Below, in pieces: positions 12,205 through 27,176 of a DNA stretch of 64,000 nucleotides. Source of the DNA: Octopus sinensis (taxonomy: Eukaryota); NCBI RefSeq assembly GCF_006345805.1, contig NC_043006.1, forward strand, positions 11,036,001 to 11,100,000, read 5' to 3'. Every line of letters begins with the position of its first letter. Position 1 is the first letter of the stretch. Position numbers and translations under genes: made by a program. A model generated the notes under the pieces. That model was not told where the DNA came from, did no database searches, and saw only the letters and a program-made list of their open reading frames with translations.

Positions 12205-13740
12205 TCGTACGATCGTCGTCGGGTTTATTTCGTATCCGAGAATTTAGTTTCTTCTTTGCTGAACGCTTCCTTTATGGTGATGGCATTGGTGACTAAGTAG
12301 ACCAATTCTTGCATAGAAAAGTCGATGGCATTGACGGCATGGTAATGTTGATGGAGGTTGATTTTGATGATCCTTTCTCTCTTGTCTTTTGATTTCTTCC
12401 TTTTCTGGGTGCTTCGAAGTATTTGGTTCCGATGAGTATGGAATACTGCCATTTGGTACGGTCTCTGGCTTCTGTTTCAACCAATTTAGGCTCAACACCA
12501 ATGACTTTTAGTGTTGTTTCGAGTTGGCCCTTGTATCTTCGAAGAGGGCAGCCCCGTGGTCTTTTCCCTGAAGTGAGCTCGCTGAATAAGATTTGGCGTA
12601 GAAACCTTGATTCTTCCATTCTTATTAAATATCCTGAACCTCACAGAAAGTGTTTTATGATCTGGGATTTGATACTTTGACTGTTGGCTCTTTCCAGGAC
12701 TTTTGTGGTTGGTCACATAGTGTTTCCATTTGATGATCAAGAGTGAAAAAAGTTTCTGTTGGTGAGAAGTTTCTAATTGTTGGAGGTCGCAATGATAGTC
12801 CAGGATTCGCAACTATATAGCAAGATTGAAATGACAACGAAACAGATTTATAGGCCATCGTTTTCGTTGTTAAGTTCAGATCTTGTTTTGTTGAAGGCGC
12901 GTTTGATTTTGTTTCCAAGTACCCCGTGTACAGCTCAAATTTTGTGTTCCATATCCCTTTCTGGGGTGCACTTGTTTGCTAAAATGCTGCCTAGATATGG
13001 AAAATGCTCTATTTGATCGAGAGGTATATCAGAGATGATTACATCGAAATCTGGTGAGATAGTATATAGGGCTGGTTGTGCAAGGACCTTGGTTTTCTTG
13101 TTTTCTGTAAGGCTAAATTAGTGGTGGGAGGCCATAGTATAGTTGTTCACCATATTAGAGTTCTCCTAAAGTTTTGAAAAGTGCTGCATGTGTGTTAGAT
13201 ATTTAGATCGAAATCTACCAAGATTAAAAAGGTCTCCATCATATCAATATTTGATATCAACTCCTGAATTATTTGGAGGAAGTTCGTGAAGCATTGCAGC
13301 CAGATACAAGGAGAATTGCATAGATGCCAAGACACATGTTCATTTAGTCAACAAGTTATTGGAAATTCTGTTTTAGCAGTATACACGTCCAGACCAGTTG
13401 TCATATGTTGCTTAAACCAGCGAGATAATCTGATCAGGACATCCAAAACTATGAAGAAATTTCCACTCTTGGAACACTATCAAAAGCCTTTTTTCAGTTA
13501 TAGAAAACAAGGAAAATGGGGTTTTATTGTTCCATGCCTTTTTCTTGGAATTACGTTGCTCAGAAAATCGTGTCAATCATGCCACGAGAGGTTCAGAATT
13601 CACACTGAGATTCTGGTAGGATCTTTTCGGTGATGGTCGGTAGCCGATTTTGAAAAATCCTGACGAAGGCCTTTCCAGTGATAGAAAGTAATTATAGTTC
13701 TCACGGACTTTTCGATCACCATTTCTGAAGGTACAATAAA
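12205..13740 (-). mobile_element. RTE-clade LINE remnant (RT to C-terminal C2H2-like motif)
   Basis: RQILFSELTSGKRPRGCPLRRYK; CRQCHRLFYARIGLLSH; frameshifted RT upstream. Confidence 0.85.
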
Positions 13741-13869
13741 GACCTATTCAATTACACAACAAAGACAACACTTACTGTGTAGGACCAACAACGTATAAAA
13801 ACACTTAGCACACACAGAAACACACACACACACACGCACACAGGCATGCATGCACACACACATCTTCTC

Positions 13870-13932
<63 letters not shown>

Positions 13933-14529
13933 CAGAAACACATACACACACAAAACCTACTAACTATTAATCTCGTGATAACATCAATAATTCCTAGACT
14001 CGATTCCCATCCGATACTGAAACACAAATCACTATTTATAATATACATTGAGACATAATCTGTTGAAATCGTTAAAAGTTGGTTAAACGTTTTAAATACA
14101 ATATCAAATAATATGCCCTCTGGTGGTGTGGACATTTTGAAAAATAACCCTCGGTTATTTTAGTTCTTTTATAATGAAACTTTTGTTAATTGGTTGACGT
14201 TGTTATAAGCGTTACATTTCTTTAGCTCGAAGATAGAACTATGACGAATGGGTTTACGCCATGCATATGTTTTCTTTTTTAACGCAGCATAAATTCCAGG
14301 TCATATTATCAACTAAAACAGCAAGTTGTATTTATGAGGAGGGCTTCACAACTAGAAGCATCCAAATTAGCCTTGTAGAAACCCACTTCATAGTCATGTA
14401 AGAAGAGGAAAATGTCGTCACATTTCCCTCAAGAATGTGATTGCGACACAAGCCTGGTATGTATGCAGGACCTCGAGGCAGTGACCGAAAAGTGTCTCGG
14501 GTTAAGACCCAGCTATAATAATAATAATT

Positions 14530-15104
14530 CTTTTACTTGTTTCTGTCATTTGACTGTGGCCATGCTGGAGCACCGCCTTTAGTCGAGCAAATCGACCCCA
14601 GAACTTATTCCTTGTAAGCTTATTACTTATTCTATCGGTCTTTATTGCCGAACCGCTAAGTTACGGGGACATAAACAAACCAGCATCGGTTGTCAATCGA
14701 TGTTGGGGGGACAGATACAGACACACAAACATACACACACACTTACATATATATAATGAGAGAGAGAGAGAGTTCACGAAAAAACCAAAAGACGAAGACA
14801 GGTGGTGCACAAAACAAACAGGAATTGAAAAAGTCTTTTACGTTTCAAGCCTACGCTCTTCTACAGAACGGGACACAGAAAAAATGCAAGGATAGAAAAA
14901 AATGTGTGTAGTGGCTAATGATATATATACATACATACATACGACGGGCTTCTTTCAGTTTCCGTCTACCAAATCCAATCAGAAGGCTTTGGTCGGCTCG
15001 AGGCTATAGTAGAAGACACTTGCCCAAGGTGCCACGCAGTGAGATTGGACCCGGAACCATGTGGATCGTAAGCAAGCTACTTACCACACCGTCACTCCAA
15101 CGCC
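14530..15104 (-). mobile_element. SINE family A interrupted by a hammerhead-like module
   Basis: 3' part 14530-14748 and 5' part 14925-15104; the insert sits at the internal microsatellite. Confidence 0.85.
14768..14920 (-). mobile_element. short hammerhead-like module M1 (probable PLE terminal-repeat derivative)
   Basis: CTGTAGA-A-GAGC-GTAG-GCTT-GAAA-C-GTA-AAAG at 14835-14870; homologous to 20005-20182, 36421-36622 and the partial copy at 9270-9325. Confidence 0.75.
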
Positions 15105-15606
15105 TAGTGTTAAGTAAAGCGACCGTGTGAAGGCTCATGGTTATTCGTTTGTGTTTAGCAGTTTGATGTGACAGTGTAAAATTAACATTTAAATTTCTGT
15201 TGTAAATAAATATGGATGGACAGGAAACCGCAACAGGAAATAAGAATCTTTGAATATGCCAAATTGGTTTCAAATGAAAGTATCTTGAAAATATTCTACG
15301 GATTATTCGACTTCATGTGCCACTTCTAAGGGAAAACAACGATAGCCGAAACGCAGATTTATTCGTTTGGTTACTATGGCAGCAGGCATGTGATGCGAAT
15401 TCTTGGCTTTTGTTGCTCAGAGCAACACGATATTTTATCGCCAAAAACCAAAAGTACGTCATAAAATTAAGTTGAACACCTTTTGTAACTCTCTCCTTCT
15501 TTCTTTCTCCCTCTTTCCTTCTTTCCTTCTCTCAGCTTCTGCTTCTCTATCTTTCGCTTTCTTTCCCTTTCTGTCTCCCCCCACTCTCTCTCGATATATA
15601 TCAAGC

Positions 15607-15781
15607 GAAATGCGTAGCCGTATTTCGTCTGCCGTTACGTTCAAATCCCGCCGAGCTCTACTTTGCCTTTCATCCTTTCAGGGTCGATAAATTAAGTACC
15701 AGTTACGCACTGGAGTCGATATAATCGACAATCCTTGTTTGTCCCCTCTGTGTTTAGCCCCTTGTGGGTAATAAAGAAACA
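15607..15781 (+). mobile_element. 5'-truncated SINE family B
   Basis: 14-bp TSD GATATATATCAAGC at 15593-15606 and 15782-15795. Confidence 0.9.
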
Positions 15782-16740
15782 GATATATATCAAGCTATAC
15801 GCTACATGGTTTAAAAGAATACATGCATCACTTGACTTTCCTTTGCACATGCGTATTGACGTTAGAAATTATTTAAAATTGAACCCAGTCCCAGAGAACA
15901 GTTTATGTGCAGACGTAAGTGTCTCATACACTTCATCTTTTGAAGCACTCCACACATTTCGTCTTCTATTACTGTTCATTTCATTATATCGTTGCGTTAC
16001 GCGTTCCCACAATATATTTTCCAATTTCTATTCAATTACATTATAGCTTTCGGTTTTACATTCTCAATATTTTCCTGTCACATCTTCTGGATGCTTTCTA
16101 AGAATAAGAATCAAAAGCAATCACTTCTTTGGTGAAATATTTCTTTTCGTTCCACTTCGATAAAAAATTAAAGTTGCCCTACGAAATAATTAAAGGCTTA
16201 TTTTCCAAGTGTTCAATAAATCTCATTTACTATGCACCTCATGTATCTAAGATGACGTTAATTTGTGACTCCTTCATTCCACAATATTGTTTCGTGGCTA
16301 TTTCTTACAGGTTCAGCAGCCTGTATGAATGTAAGCTTCCCTGCTTGTACGAATAAAGGGTTTACTTGTAGCAGTCAAGAAAAATTGTTTAATCAACGAC
16401 GTAGGAAGCAGTGTTACGTCCCAATATGTTTGTGAAAAAAACTCAACGTTCCAGTCAATAATTTCTGTCAAAGTGTCCATTCAATGAATTTTTAAAAACC
16501 AAACAATAATCAATTTATCTTCCTTTGAAATTATATTTTCGCCTTTCTCTCAGAAATTAAGGTTTACATTAATTACAACCGCAATTGTTTCTGCGCCCTT
16601 AAACATATTCCACTACCTAAAATGCATATATTTATGAATTCATTGAAATCATCATTTCACTTTCTGAAATATATAATTTTCATTCTTTCATTTTCATTTT
16701 ATTTTATTGTCATATACATGGGGAAAATATGCATGCTTAG

Positions 16741-16836
<96 letters not shown>

Positions 16837-17199
16837 TTAGGTACACATCAAATTGGTGCATTTGGGTGGCCACTGAACCTGTTAGAAACACCGGCCAAAC
16901 AACACCTTACTGACAGATAAATGTTATTCTACTTATATCCTAAAAATACGTATCGTAGTCAGTCGAAATGTATACATTTTTGAATAACTGAAAACATTTC
17001 TTTTCAATTTATGAAATGTAAAAATATCATTGATTTAGTTTACATTTCCAAATACAAAATAAAAGAGGAAAAAGAAAAAATTATTATAAACTTGAAATAC
17101 ATAAAGAACGTACGTCATTCGAATGTACTTTACTAGAAACAAGTTTTTAGTTTAAAAAGATTATTTTCGAAGACAATGGACAGTAACTTTTTTATTAAT

Positions 17200-18410
<1,211 letters not shown>

Positions 18411-18699
18411 ACATAATTTTGACGACATATTACAGTCATATACATGAAAGACTTTATCTACATAACAACAAGCTTGTCTTCGTTAGCATACAAACTTACA
18501 AATTATAAAGAATTTCATTTCTAGCCCATTCATTTCCACTTTTCTATTTTTGCACATTTTGCTACTTTCGAGTTCATTTGGTTTTATCAAAGATTAACAG
18601 AAAATAATAGTTTCTTAGGATAGCAAAAAATATCAAACCATATACCAATATAAAGATAAGACACAATCCAAGAGACGTTTTCATTCAATTCAATATGCT

Positions 18700-19150
18700 A
18701 CATTCCGTTCGTTCGTTATTTACCAATCCATTTCCAAAATCACTTCGGTAAGATTCGGAGAAAATTACATATAAGCAAGAATTTTACAAATTAAAAACCC
18801 CTCAACTTTAATACCATTTGAACACAAGAACTGCACCTGAAGGGATTACATGAAATACATGCAAATTTTGCCATAAGGTGTATATTCTTCATACATAGTT
18901 CCTTACTACTTTCATGTTTTTTTCTCATTTCAACCAATTGTTCTGCTTTCTATATCCATCTTTGCACACGAGAACAATACAGAATACAACCATAAGTAAC
19001 AGAAATTATTATTTCTACACACATCAACAGGGACAGTTCTTGGGGAAGAATTACAACCGACTCCCATCATACAATAAACCTGCTTCATTCTTTTACTTTT
19101 CTGCCTCAAAATGTACTTGGCCATTCTTTAGACCTCTGCAAAAATTTAGC
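18700..19150 (-). mobile_element. possible very degraded Gypsy-type pol (pre-integrase/integrase) fragment
   Basis: Frameshifted EAGLLYDGSRL/VILPQEL and LWQNLHV, faintly like GCLLWGSRVVIP and PWQRLHID; weak. Confidence 0.25.
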
Positions 19151-19471
19151 TATCAGCAACTTATAAACAGAGTTCAAATTATGATGTGTTATTTATCAGT
19201 AACTTATAAGAACATAAGGGACTACAAAATCAAGTACCAAAAATTTCATATGGCAGCAGGTATTAAATAGCGTCAGATAGCTATACAATTCAATTTTATA
19301 TCTATCATAAGGGCGCACAGGGCGCCTACAAGCTGGAAAATGGAGTTAAAAACCGTTAACTTAACCACCAATAACACTCAAAAGTTCAACAGACATCAAC
19401 TGTCGGGCGAACGAACAATAAAATTAACATACCATTACAGCTTGATTCTATATAGTTTGGCATCTGTATAT

Positions 19472-19526
19472 ACTCGTATCATGATTTCGAGTTTTGGCGA
19501 AATGCCTTAACTCTCTTCAGTAACTC
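19472..19526 (-). ncRNA. hammerhead motif, intact core with weak stem I
   Basis: CTGAAGA-GAGTT(AAGGCATTTCGCCAA)AACTC-GAAA-TCATGA-TA; stem III palindrome ATCATGAT. Confidence 0.55.
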
Positions 19527-19561
19527 TTACCGAGTGAAAAATTCAGCTCGGTAAGCTGGAG

Positions 19562-19608
<47 letters not shown>

Positions 19609-19609
<1 letters not shown>

Positions 19610-19902
19610 CCTGGCGTTCTGTCGGTTACGACGACGAGGATTTGAGTTGATCCGATTTCAAGAACACACAGCTTGTGAACTTAACGTGCAAGTGGTTGAG
19701 CACTCCACAGATACATGTACCCCTAAACATAGTTCTCACGGAGATTCAGCGACACAGAGTGTGACAGGGCTGACCCTTTGAAATACAGGTGCACTCATTT
19801 TTTCCAGCTAAGTGGAATACAGTGACTTGCTTAACGACACCATGTGTGAACTAACAACTTTACGATCATGAGTCGAATACCCTAATCACTAGGGCACGCG
19901 CA
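19609..19902 (-). mobile_element. tRNA-headed SINE sharing the family C 3' half
   Basis: The tail reverse complement matches 1230-1405; head and middle differ. Confidence 0.7.
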
Positions 19903-19905
19903 TTC

Positions 19906-20182
<277 letters not shown>

Positions 20183-20240
20183 ATATATATATATATATTA
20201 TATATATAATATATATATAATACACGCGCTCACACACATA

Positions 20241-20287
<47 letters not shown>

Positions 20288-21025
20288 AGAAAAAATAAGG
20301 TCCTCAGAAATCTGGATGGCTGTACATTTACAGATTTTATTAATGTGTCACATATTCTTATAAATCATATATTAGCGCTTGAATCTACTCTAGTAGAAAC
20401 TCCATTATTTTAGTGTTTTAAAATTGTATTATGTGCATATTACTTGTTTTTAATTTAGGTACTAAGTGACCACTTTTGATAGCAAGTCTATACCATCTCC
20501 ACCAATACTTGACTTAGTACGCTATTTTATCGCCCTTGGGTAATGAATAACAGAATCAACCCAGAGAGGAATACAACGCAATACATGGAAAAGTCGAACA
20601 CTTGAAGAACCCCGAAAAATTAAAATTTACAATAGAAACTCGGTTGAATTTTAACTTAGTACATATCAGAATGTAACAAATTGTATTAAGATGATTTCTG
20701 CTTTAAACTATCGATACTTTCACCCATCATACAAGACTTAGTGGACGTAAATAATTTATTTAATATATATCGTTTCTATATTTATTTGAAATGGAAGGAA
20801 TGCAAACTAATTTATATGTTTAATCATGCAGATATTAAACAAAATATTATCGATAAACATATAGATCTATGATATATTTATATATACGTGAGTGTGTGTG
20901 TATACATAGATAGATTGATAGATATAAAATATATGGTTATATAGATATATACCTATAGCCACACATGTATATATATATATATAGATAGATACAGAGATAG
21001 ATACGTAGATGTATGTCTATATATA

Positions 21026-21077
<52 letters not shown>

Positions 21078-21158
21078 GAATTTAACAAGAGGAGCGAGAG
21101 ATACTTACTAATTTAGTGACAGAGAATTTGTGTAAATATAAATATAGACAATCATAGA

Positions 21159-21217
<59 letters not shown>

Positions 21218-22764
21218 GTATGAATGTATTTATATACATATATGCATATATTTTACATATATATTTACCTACTTACACATACGCATATATACACAAATAC
21301 ATCCATCCATATGTGTGTGTTTGTGTGTTTGTGCGTGTGTGCGCTTTTTCATTCAAAGATATACATCTTATCAGATTTCGTGTTTAAAATTCGAAATATT
21401 TAATTTAATAACATTGATATTAAAGGTAAATTATTTCAATATTAATTAGTCCTGTCTAAAACAAAGTTTATAGAGATACTTTACTGTCTACATAGTAGTT
21501 TTCTGTACAAATTAAGTAAGCCGGGAGTGGATGTTAGTAATGACTCGATTCAAAATAAATTTAAGTATAGTTGTTGTCATATGACTTATAATATTTAAAT
21601 TATAATTTTGCACTATAAGTACTTCAAGTAGTGTTATATTGATACAATATTTATATTTTAATTTCTTTTTTAAAATTTCATGGCGATTGCACAAATTAAT
21701 GAAGTGGAAAGCTATTTCTAAATTAAAAATTTTAATTAAATTTTTATGAAATTTAAATTAAAATAGAATATAATGACACAAATGTCTCACTTATATTTGC
21801 AATAAATATGTTATTAATAACAATACTACTGTTTAACCATCAATTAATTACAGATCTAACATATTTGTAACATTGATTAAATTCCATAAGCAAACAGATA
21901 TTAACGAATATTATTGGTATTGATGCCCGGAGAATGAGAGATAGAGAGAAAGTGAGAGAGAGAAAGATAGTTATACAGAGAAGAGAGATAACGAGGAGTT
22001 CGAGATAAAGCCTGATTTCTTCCTTGCATCTGCTTCTCCGTCTTCTGTTGCGGCTGATAGTGCTTCTTCTTCTTTCTTTTCCTCTTCTCCTTCTCCTGCT
22101 TATTCTTCTTAAGCTCTTCGCTCCATGTGAAGTATAGGCCATTAATGAACTTTCTTCACTATATTCTGCTCTGACCTGTCTTTCTGTCAATTCTTTTCTC
22201 TTGTATCATCGATGCTTCTGTATCTTTGCTTTTCTCTATGTAAATATTTTGGCTCTATGTATGCCTAAATTATACTGACTTCGATCGTTTGACCTGTCTT
22301 AGAATGAGTGAGGGTCTTACTAGGAACATGTGCTCGGCTGGCACAGTTCTCAGTGACTCAGGCGCACAAGTCTAGACCTTGTGTTAGGTCTAGCACCATC
22401 CGGTCAAGCAATAAACTTTGGCGACTTTCTGTAGAAACATTGCGTGCTTTATACTTTGTCGAGGAAATTTTTATGAGAGGATTTAAAAGGTGTTTTACCC
22501 GCTCTGCCATCAGATCCCTTTATTGCAAGACACCGTCTTCTTGACTATAGATAATTCTGAGAGAGTAAAGGAGTGAGCGACAGAGAGCATGGGAGAGAAA
22601 GAGAGTGAGAGAGAGATTCTCATATGAAGCTTTGCGAGATAGCTTAAGCAAGTAAAACATCTTATATAGTCTCTTTTGACATGAAGCAACTGTAATTTTC
22701 GTATTCAGCAATCGCTAATGAAATCACCAGAAATACCGTAAATTTGAAATTCCAATTCCGTTGA

Positions 22765-24470
22765 TGTATGTGTGTTGTGTACGCCGATTTGGTCGGAATA
22801 TATATTCTCTACGAATTGTCCGATCAATTCCCGGAAATCGCGGGCGGCCTGTATCGTGACGATTGTCTGTTTTACCTGCAAAACACCACGAACAGAATAG
22901 TGCAGAAAACTAAGAGCAGGTTAGCTAGGTTTTTTAATAGAATGGGCATGAGTATAGTTTTTGATAACGAACTCACCAAGGCTAATTTCCTAGACGTTTA
23001 CACTTAACCTTAATAGCGACTCATACTGCCCTTACCATAAGCCTTCCACTAATTTGAAGTATGTCAGTGTCTTCTCAAATCATGCCAAAACCGTACAGAC
23101 AATTTGGTTAAAAACATCTCTCTAAGATTGTCTGGCCTGTCCGCCAGTGCCGATATTTTATGCAGAAAGCGGATTTTTATAACGCCGCACTATCCAAGGC
23201 CGGTTATAGGCAGAAGGTAATTTATATTGATCCGGCCCTTCCGATGCCCATTCGGTCATCAGGATAGGGCCGTATATAATAACATTAACATTTTAAGTAA
23301 GGACGGGAGCGCGGCGGATACCGGGGTAGTCGCTCCCGCATTTAATTTAGCGAACAAGGATAATTATCGGTCCGGGAGGTCTTACACTAACCCAAGACCC
23401 GTTATTCATCCGAGAATCACCCACCCAAATGCGAGAGCTGGCGTCCCGACCCATCACACTGATAGGAATAAGCATATATGGTTTGTAATCCCCTTTGGTA
23501 AGCAGATTAGAACTAACCTCCCCCTCATGTTTAGACAAGCCATCGCCAATAACTTCCCCAGAAATTCCAAATATTACTCCACGGTTAACTCACATAAAGT
23601 TAGGATAGCTTTCCCAACACTAAAACCTCGCCCGATAATCGCCTCCCATAATAATAGGCTACTTACTAAGACCCTATCACCTTTTTCCGGAGGCACAGCC
23701 TCTTCCGCTCCCGGCTTAATGCTCAGTAGGAATAATTATAGTAGTAATAATGATATGAGAGCCAGTACAGTGACACATAATCTCAGCTCCAGCCAGGGAG
23801 TACCCACTAGGGGTATAGTTATAAATAGGGGTGTTGTGGTTGATGGTAACAATGGGAGTAGGGTAGAGAGCCCCTTTAGCATCCCCAGCATCATTTCCCG
23901 CAATAGCAGTACCACGGGCAGTACAATGACAGCACTCTGATAGATTGGAGAATCAGGGGTTATTCCTATAGTTAATAGTGACGTAGTGGAAAATAGAGTA
24001 GTAAGCGGCTGCAGGTCTCGGAACGATATAGTGACAGGAACGCAGTTCTAATTTCAGAAACCAATCCTAGCAGAGTAAGATTCACGTCGGCGAACTCCAA
24101 GATCAAAAACGCCGTCTACCAATGCAAGGTTTACACGGACTCAGATGCCTTCACTTATATAGGGGCATCGTCCTCAAGATTGTCTTTGCGTGTCTCCAAC
24201 CATTACGCAACTTTTCGGGACGTGAACAAGCGCCAGACCACGGGACTCAGTAAGCTAATATGGCGACTGAAGATGCGAAACTTAAGCTATAGGCTGGAAT
24301 GGTCAATTTTGTCGGTGGCCTCCCATTTGATAGGGGCAGAAGACAGTGCAACCTTTGTGTCTCCGAACTCTTCCATATTTTGTTTGCCAGAGGCCGGATG
24401 GTAAACGGGCTCTTACAGTCGGCTTTTCGATGCCCCCATTGGCGGCGTTACACTTATCTGGCCTTTAAAT
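22765..24470 (+). mobile_element. second Penelope-like element (RT YRDD + GIY-YIG), degraded
   Basis: LVGIYIL..GLYRDDCL..ANFLDV; IWFVIPFG..NFP..VNSHKVRIAF..IIASHNNRLL; VYQC..YIGAS; NHYATFR..LSKLIWRLK. Confidence 0.88.
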
Positions 24471-25073
24471 AGCGTTCATAAATAGACCGGCACCCATAGC
24501 CCTTGGTAACAAATTCTGAAATAGATTTTAGATATCTACAATTAACCACTGCAAGGGAAATTACTCCTGTAAGACAAACGGGGCTTGTTTTTTCACAGCG
24601 GGGGGTTTCCTTGTCAAGGTAGGCTTAGATGAACACACACACACACATAAAACATAAAATATATATATATATTTCTTTATTTTTTTTCTTTCTGCACCCA
24701 ACGGTTATCACGGCAGTAGCCACTGACAGCCGAACGATCAAACGCACACACGTACACAAAAAATGTTTTCTACCCCTACGCCAACGCACACATATATAGA
24801 ACAGTATACACACACAACGTCTCTAAGTAGATTTTTTCTCGCCCCTTATAAAACATCCAATATTCTTTAAATAGTCAGAACTTTATTCTCGTCACAAAGA
24901 ACATCTATATACACCCCCACCCACATGTTTGACCGATGCCTGACCTGTTGAATTCTTCACCACCGGTTCTCAACATACACTGATAAACAGTTTCGCCATG
25001 GGCTCTTAGGAGCACAGTTCGATTTGTTTTTTGCTCTGCCTCTGTTCTGTTTTTGTTTTTCCAACGGATTTCC

Positions 25074-25163
25074 TTTTTTCTTCCTGAAGAGAAAGACACA
25101 ATATGTCCCATTATTCAATCGGATTTGGTAATTTGTGCCTTTCGAAACACGTGTAGAATGAAA
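25074..25163 (+). ncRNA. type I hammerhead ribozyme, canonical core, long stem II
   Basis: TTTCTTC-CTGAAGA-GAAAGACACAA(31 nt)TTGTGCCTTTC-GAAA-CACGTG-TA-GAATGAAA; GUA triplet ends at 25155. Confidence 0.85.
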
Positions 25164-25215
25164 TAAACGATTTCTGTTCAATCTGCGTTCAGCTCCATTT
25201 CTTCAATTCACCAAT

Positions 25216-25255
<40 letters not shown>

Positions 25256-25484
25256 TTATACATATCTACTATTATATATATATACACATAAATTTATACA
25301 TATATGTATATGTGTGTATGTGTACATATATGTACGTTTGATAAGTGCCAACGCACGAAACTCTGGGCCCTTGAAACACTCTGGTAAATATTAATAAAAA
25401 TACATGTACATAATGTAACCGCGTGTGTACCGTTGGCGATTTTTTTCCTCCGTCTTCCCTTCTCTGGATCCTTCCTTTTCCTAT

Positions 25485-25519
25485 GTTTCTGACGAAAAGT
25501 TCCGCTCGAAACGTAGAAC
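25485..25519 (+). ncRNA. minimal hammerhead motif, canonical core (M1-related)
   Basis: GTTT-CTGACGA-AAAG-TTCCG-CTC-GAAA-C-GTA-GAAC; stem II has one mismatch. Confidence 0.55.
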
Positions 25520-25975
25520 CCTCCTTCTTTCCTTCTTTCCTGAGCGTCCAATAATACTATATTTGTTCCACGTCCTCGCTTTGTTGTGTTTTCTCTTTGT
25601 GTTTTCATGTTTGGATTAACTTTATATATATATATATATATATACTTAGCAGAGCAAACGGGAAACTAGATGAAAATTAGCAGACGGGAAATTTAGACAA
25701 AGACATGATACATGGAATATTCGCAGCTGAGCTTTCCTCGTCAGTCAATGATCCAAAATATCATAATGGTTAATGGTTTCGCGCCATTACCATTGAGACC
25801 ACTCAATTTTGGAGGCGCTTATGTTGTGCTGTAGCTACTAGGAAAAAGCTAGCGAATATATACTAAGACAGAAACAAGCAAGACATTATATAAATACAAC
25901 AGAGAATTAGGCATATATAACAGCACGAAGTCTTACGGTTATACACAAGAGAAGAAAAAATAATAATTATACATA

Positions 25976-26150
25976 TACCTATTTCTTTACTACCCACAAG
26001 CGGGTATTACCCAGTGCGTAACTGGTACTTTTTTAATCGACCCCTAAAGGAAGAAAGGCAAAGTCGACCTCGGCGGAATTTGAACTCACAACGTAACGGC
26101 AGACGAAATACCGCCAAGCATTTCGCCCAGCGTGCTAACGTTTCTGCCAG
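25976..26150 (-). mobile_element. SINE family B with internal deletion
   Basis: Family B head and tail with about 50 bp missing. Confidence 0.85.
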
Positions 26151-26658
26151 AACAGAAAGAGCTTTGCAGCTATTAAACGAACTTGGTGGAGTTGCGCAAA
26201 GATAAAATGGAGTCCTAGCAGAGTCCAGACCAGCATGACCAATCTTGTCAAAGGCAGGGCGAAAAAGGACAACACCACCTTCACTGGACACCGGACACGT
26301 GGTGGGAAAGAGGAAGTGTTGAGAGAGGAAAGAGTGGGAGACAGAGAGAGAGAGAGAGAGAATAAAGGAGCAGTGGGATTGGAGAAACAGAGAGAAAGGC
26401 AGAGAAGAGGTAAATAGAAAGGAGACAAGTAAGGACGGAAAGAGAGGTTAAGGGTGGAGAAAGAAATAGAGAAAGAGAGAAAGAGGGACGCACAGAGAAA
26501 GAGAGAGAACGAAAAAGAGGGAGAGATAGAGAAGAGACAGGAACAAGGGAGACAAGCAAGAGCAGAAAAAAAGACTAGAGAGAACGATAGAGTCAGAGTT
26601 GAGGGAGTTAAGAGTCGCATAATAAATATTCAAGGAATATTTGTTACAATAAAGCAAA

Positions 26659-27046
26659 TCTCTCTATATATAAAGCTGAAGTTGTCTGTGTATGGCAGGT
26701 TTGGTAGCCTTCAACTAACACTATCTCCTCAGAGACCCTGCGGCACAAGTTGACCAAAATTGAAAGTATGATAGACGAAGGCTTGCTCTTCCTTCCGTAG
26801 AAAAAAAAGTTCAAATCGGACCATGTTAACACCGAAAATTATTTACATCAAGGTGCTTTTTTCTATAAAAATCCTTATTTTTTACGATTTTTTGACTGCT
26901 GTGTCGCCATTTTTCGGTGTATTTCAACCAGAAAAATGTTCACTTAAAGAGAATAACAAGCTACATAATGCAAAAGTTTTCCTTTTCTAAAGTCCTAATT
27001 CTAAAGTTTTGAAACAAACCCGAGCAACGCCAGACGATGCTGCTAA
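26659..27046 (+). mobile_element. non-autonomous Helitron
   Basis: A|TC start, 3' CCCGAGCAACGCCAGA..CTAA|T end (CTRR); termini shared with 52756-53151. Confidence 0.75.
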
Positions 27047-27137
27047 TATAAATATACAGTTAGCAGGGAAAAAAAACGGAATTTAAAAGAACTTGGCAGA
27101 TATGTGTATGTGTGTGTGTGTATGTGTGTGTGTGTGT

Positions 27138-27176
<39 letters not shown>

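Noticed and set aside
24267-24287. CTGAAGA-TGC-GAAA-CTTAAG hammerhead look-alike
   Set aside because: No stem II, no U16.1, and it lies within the PLE coding sequence (WRLKMRNLS).
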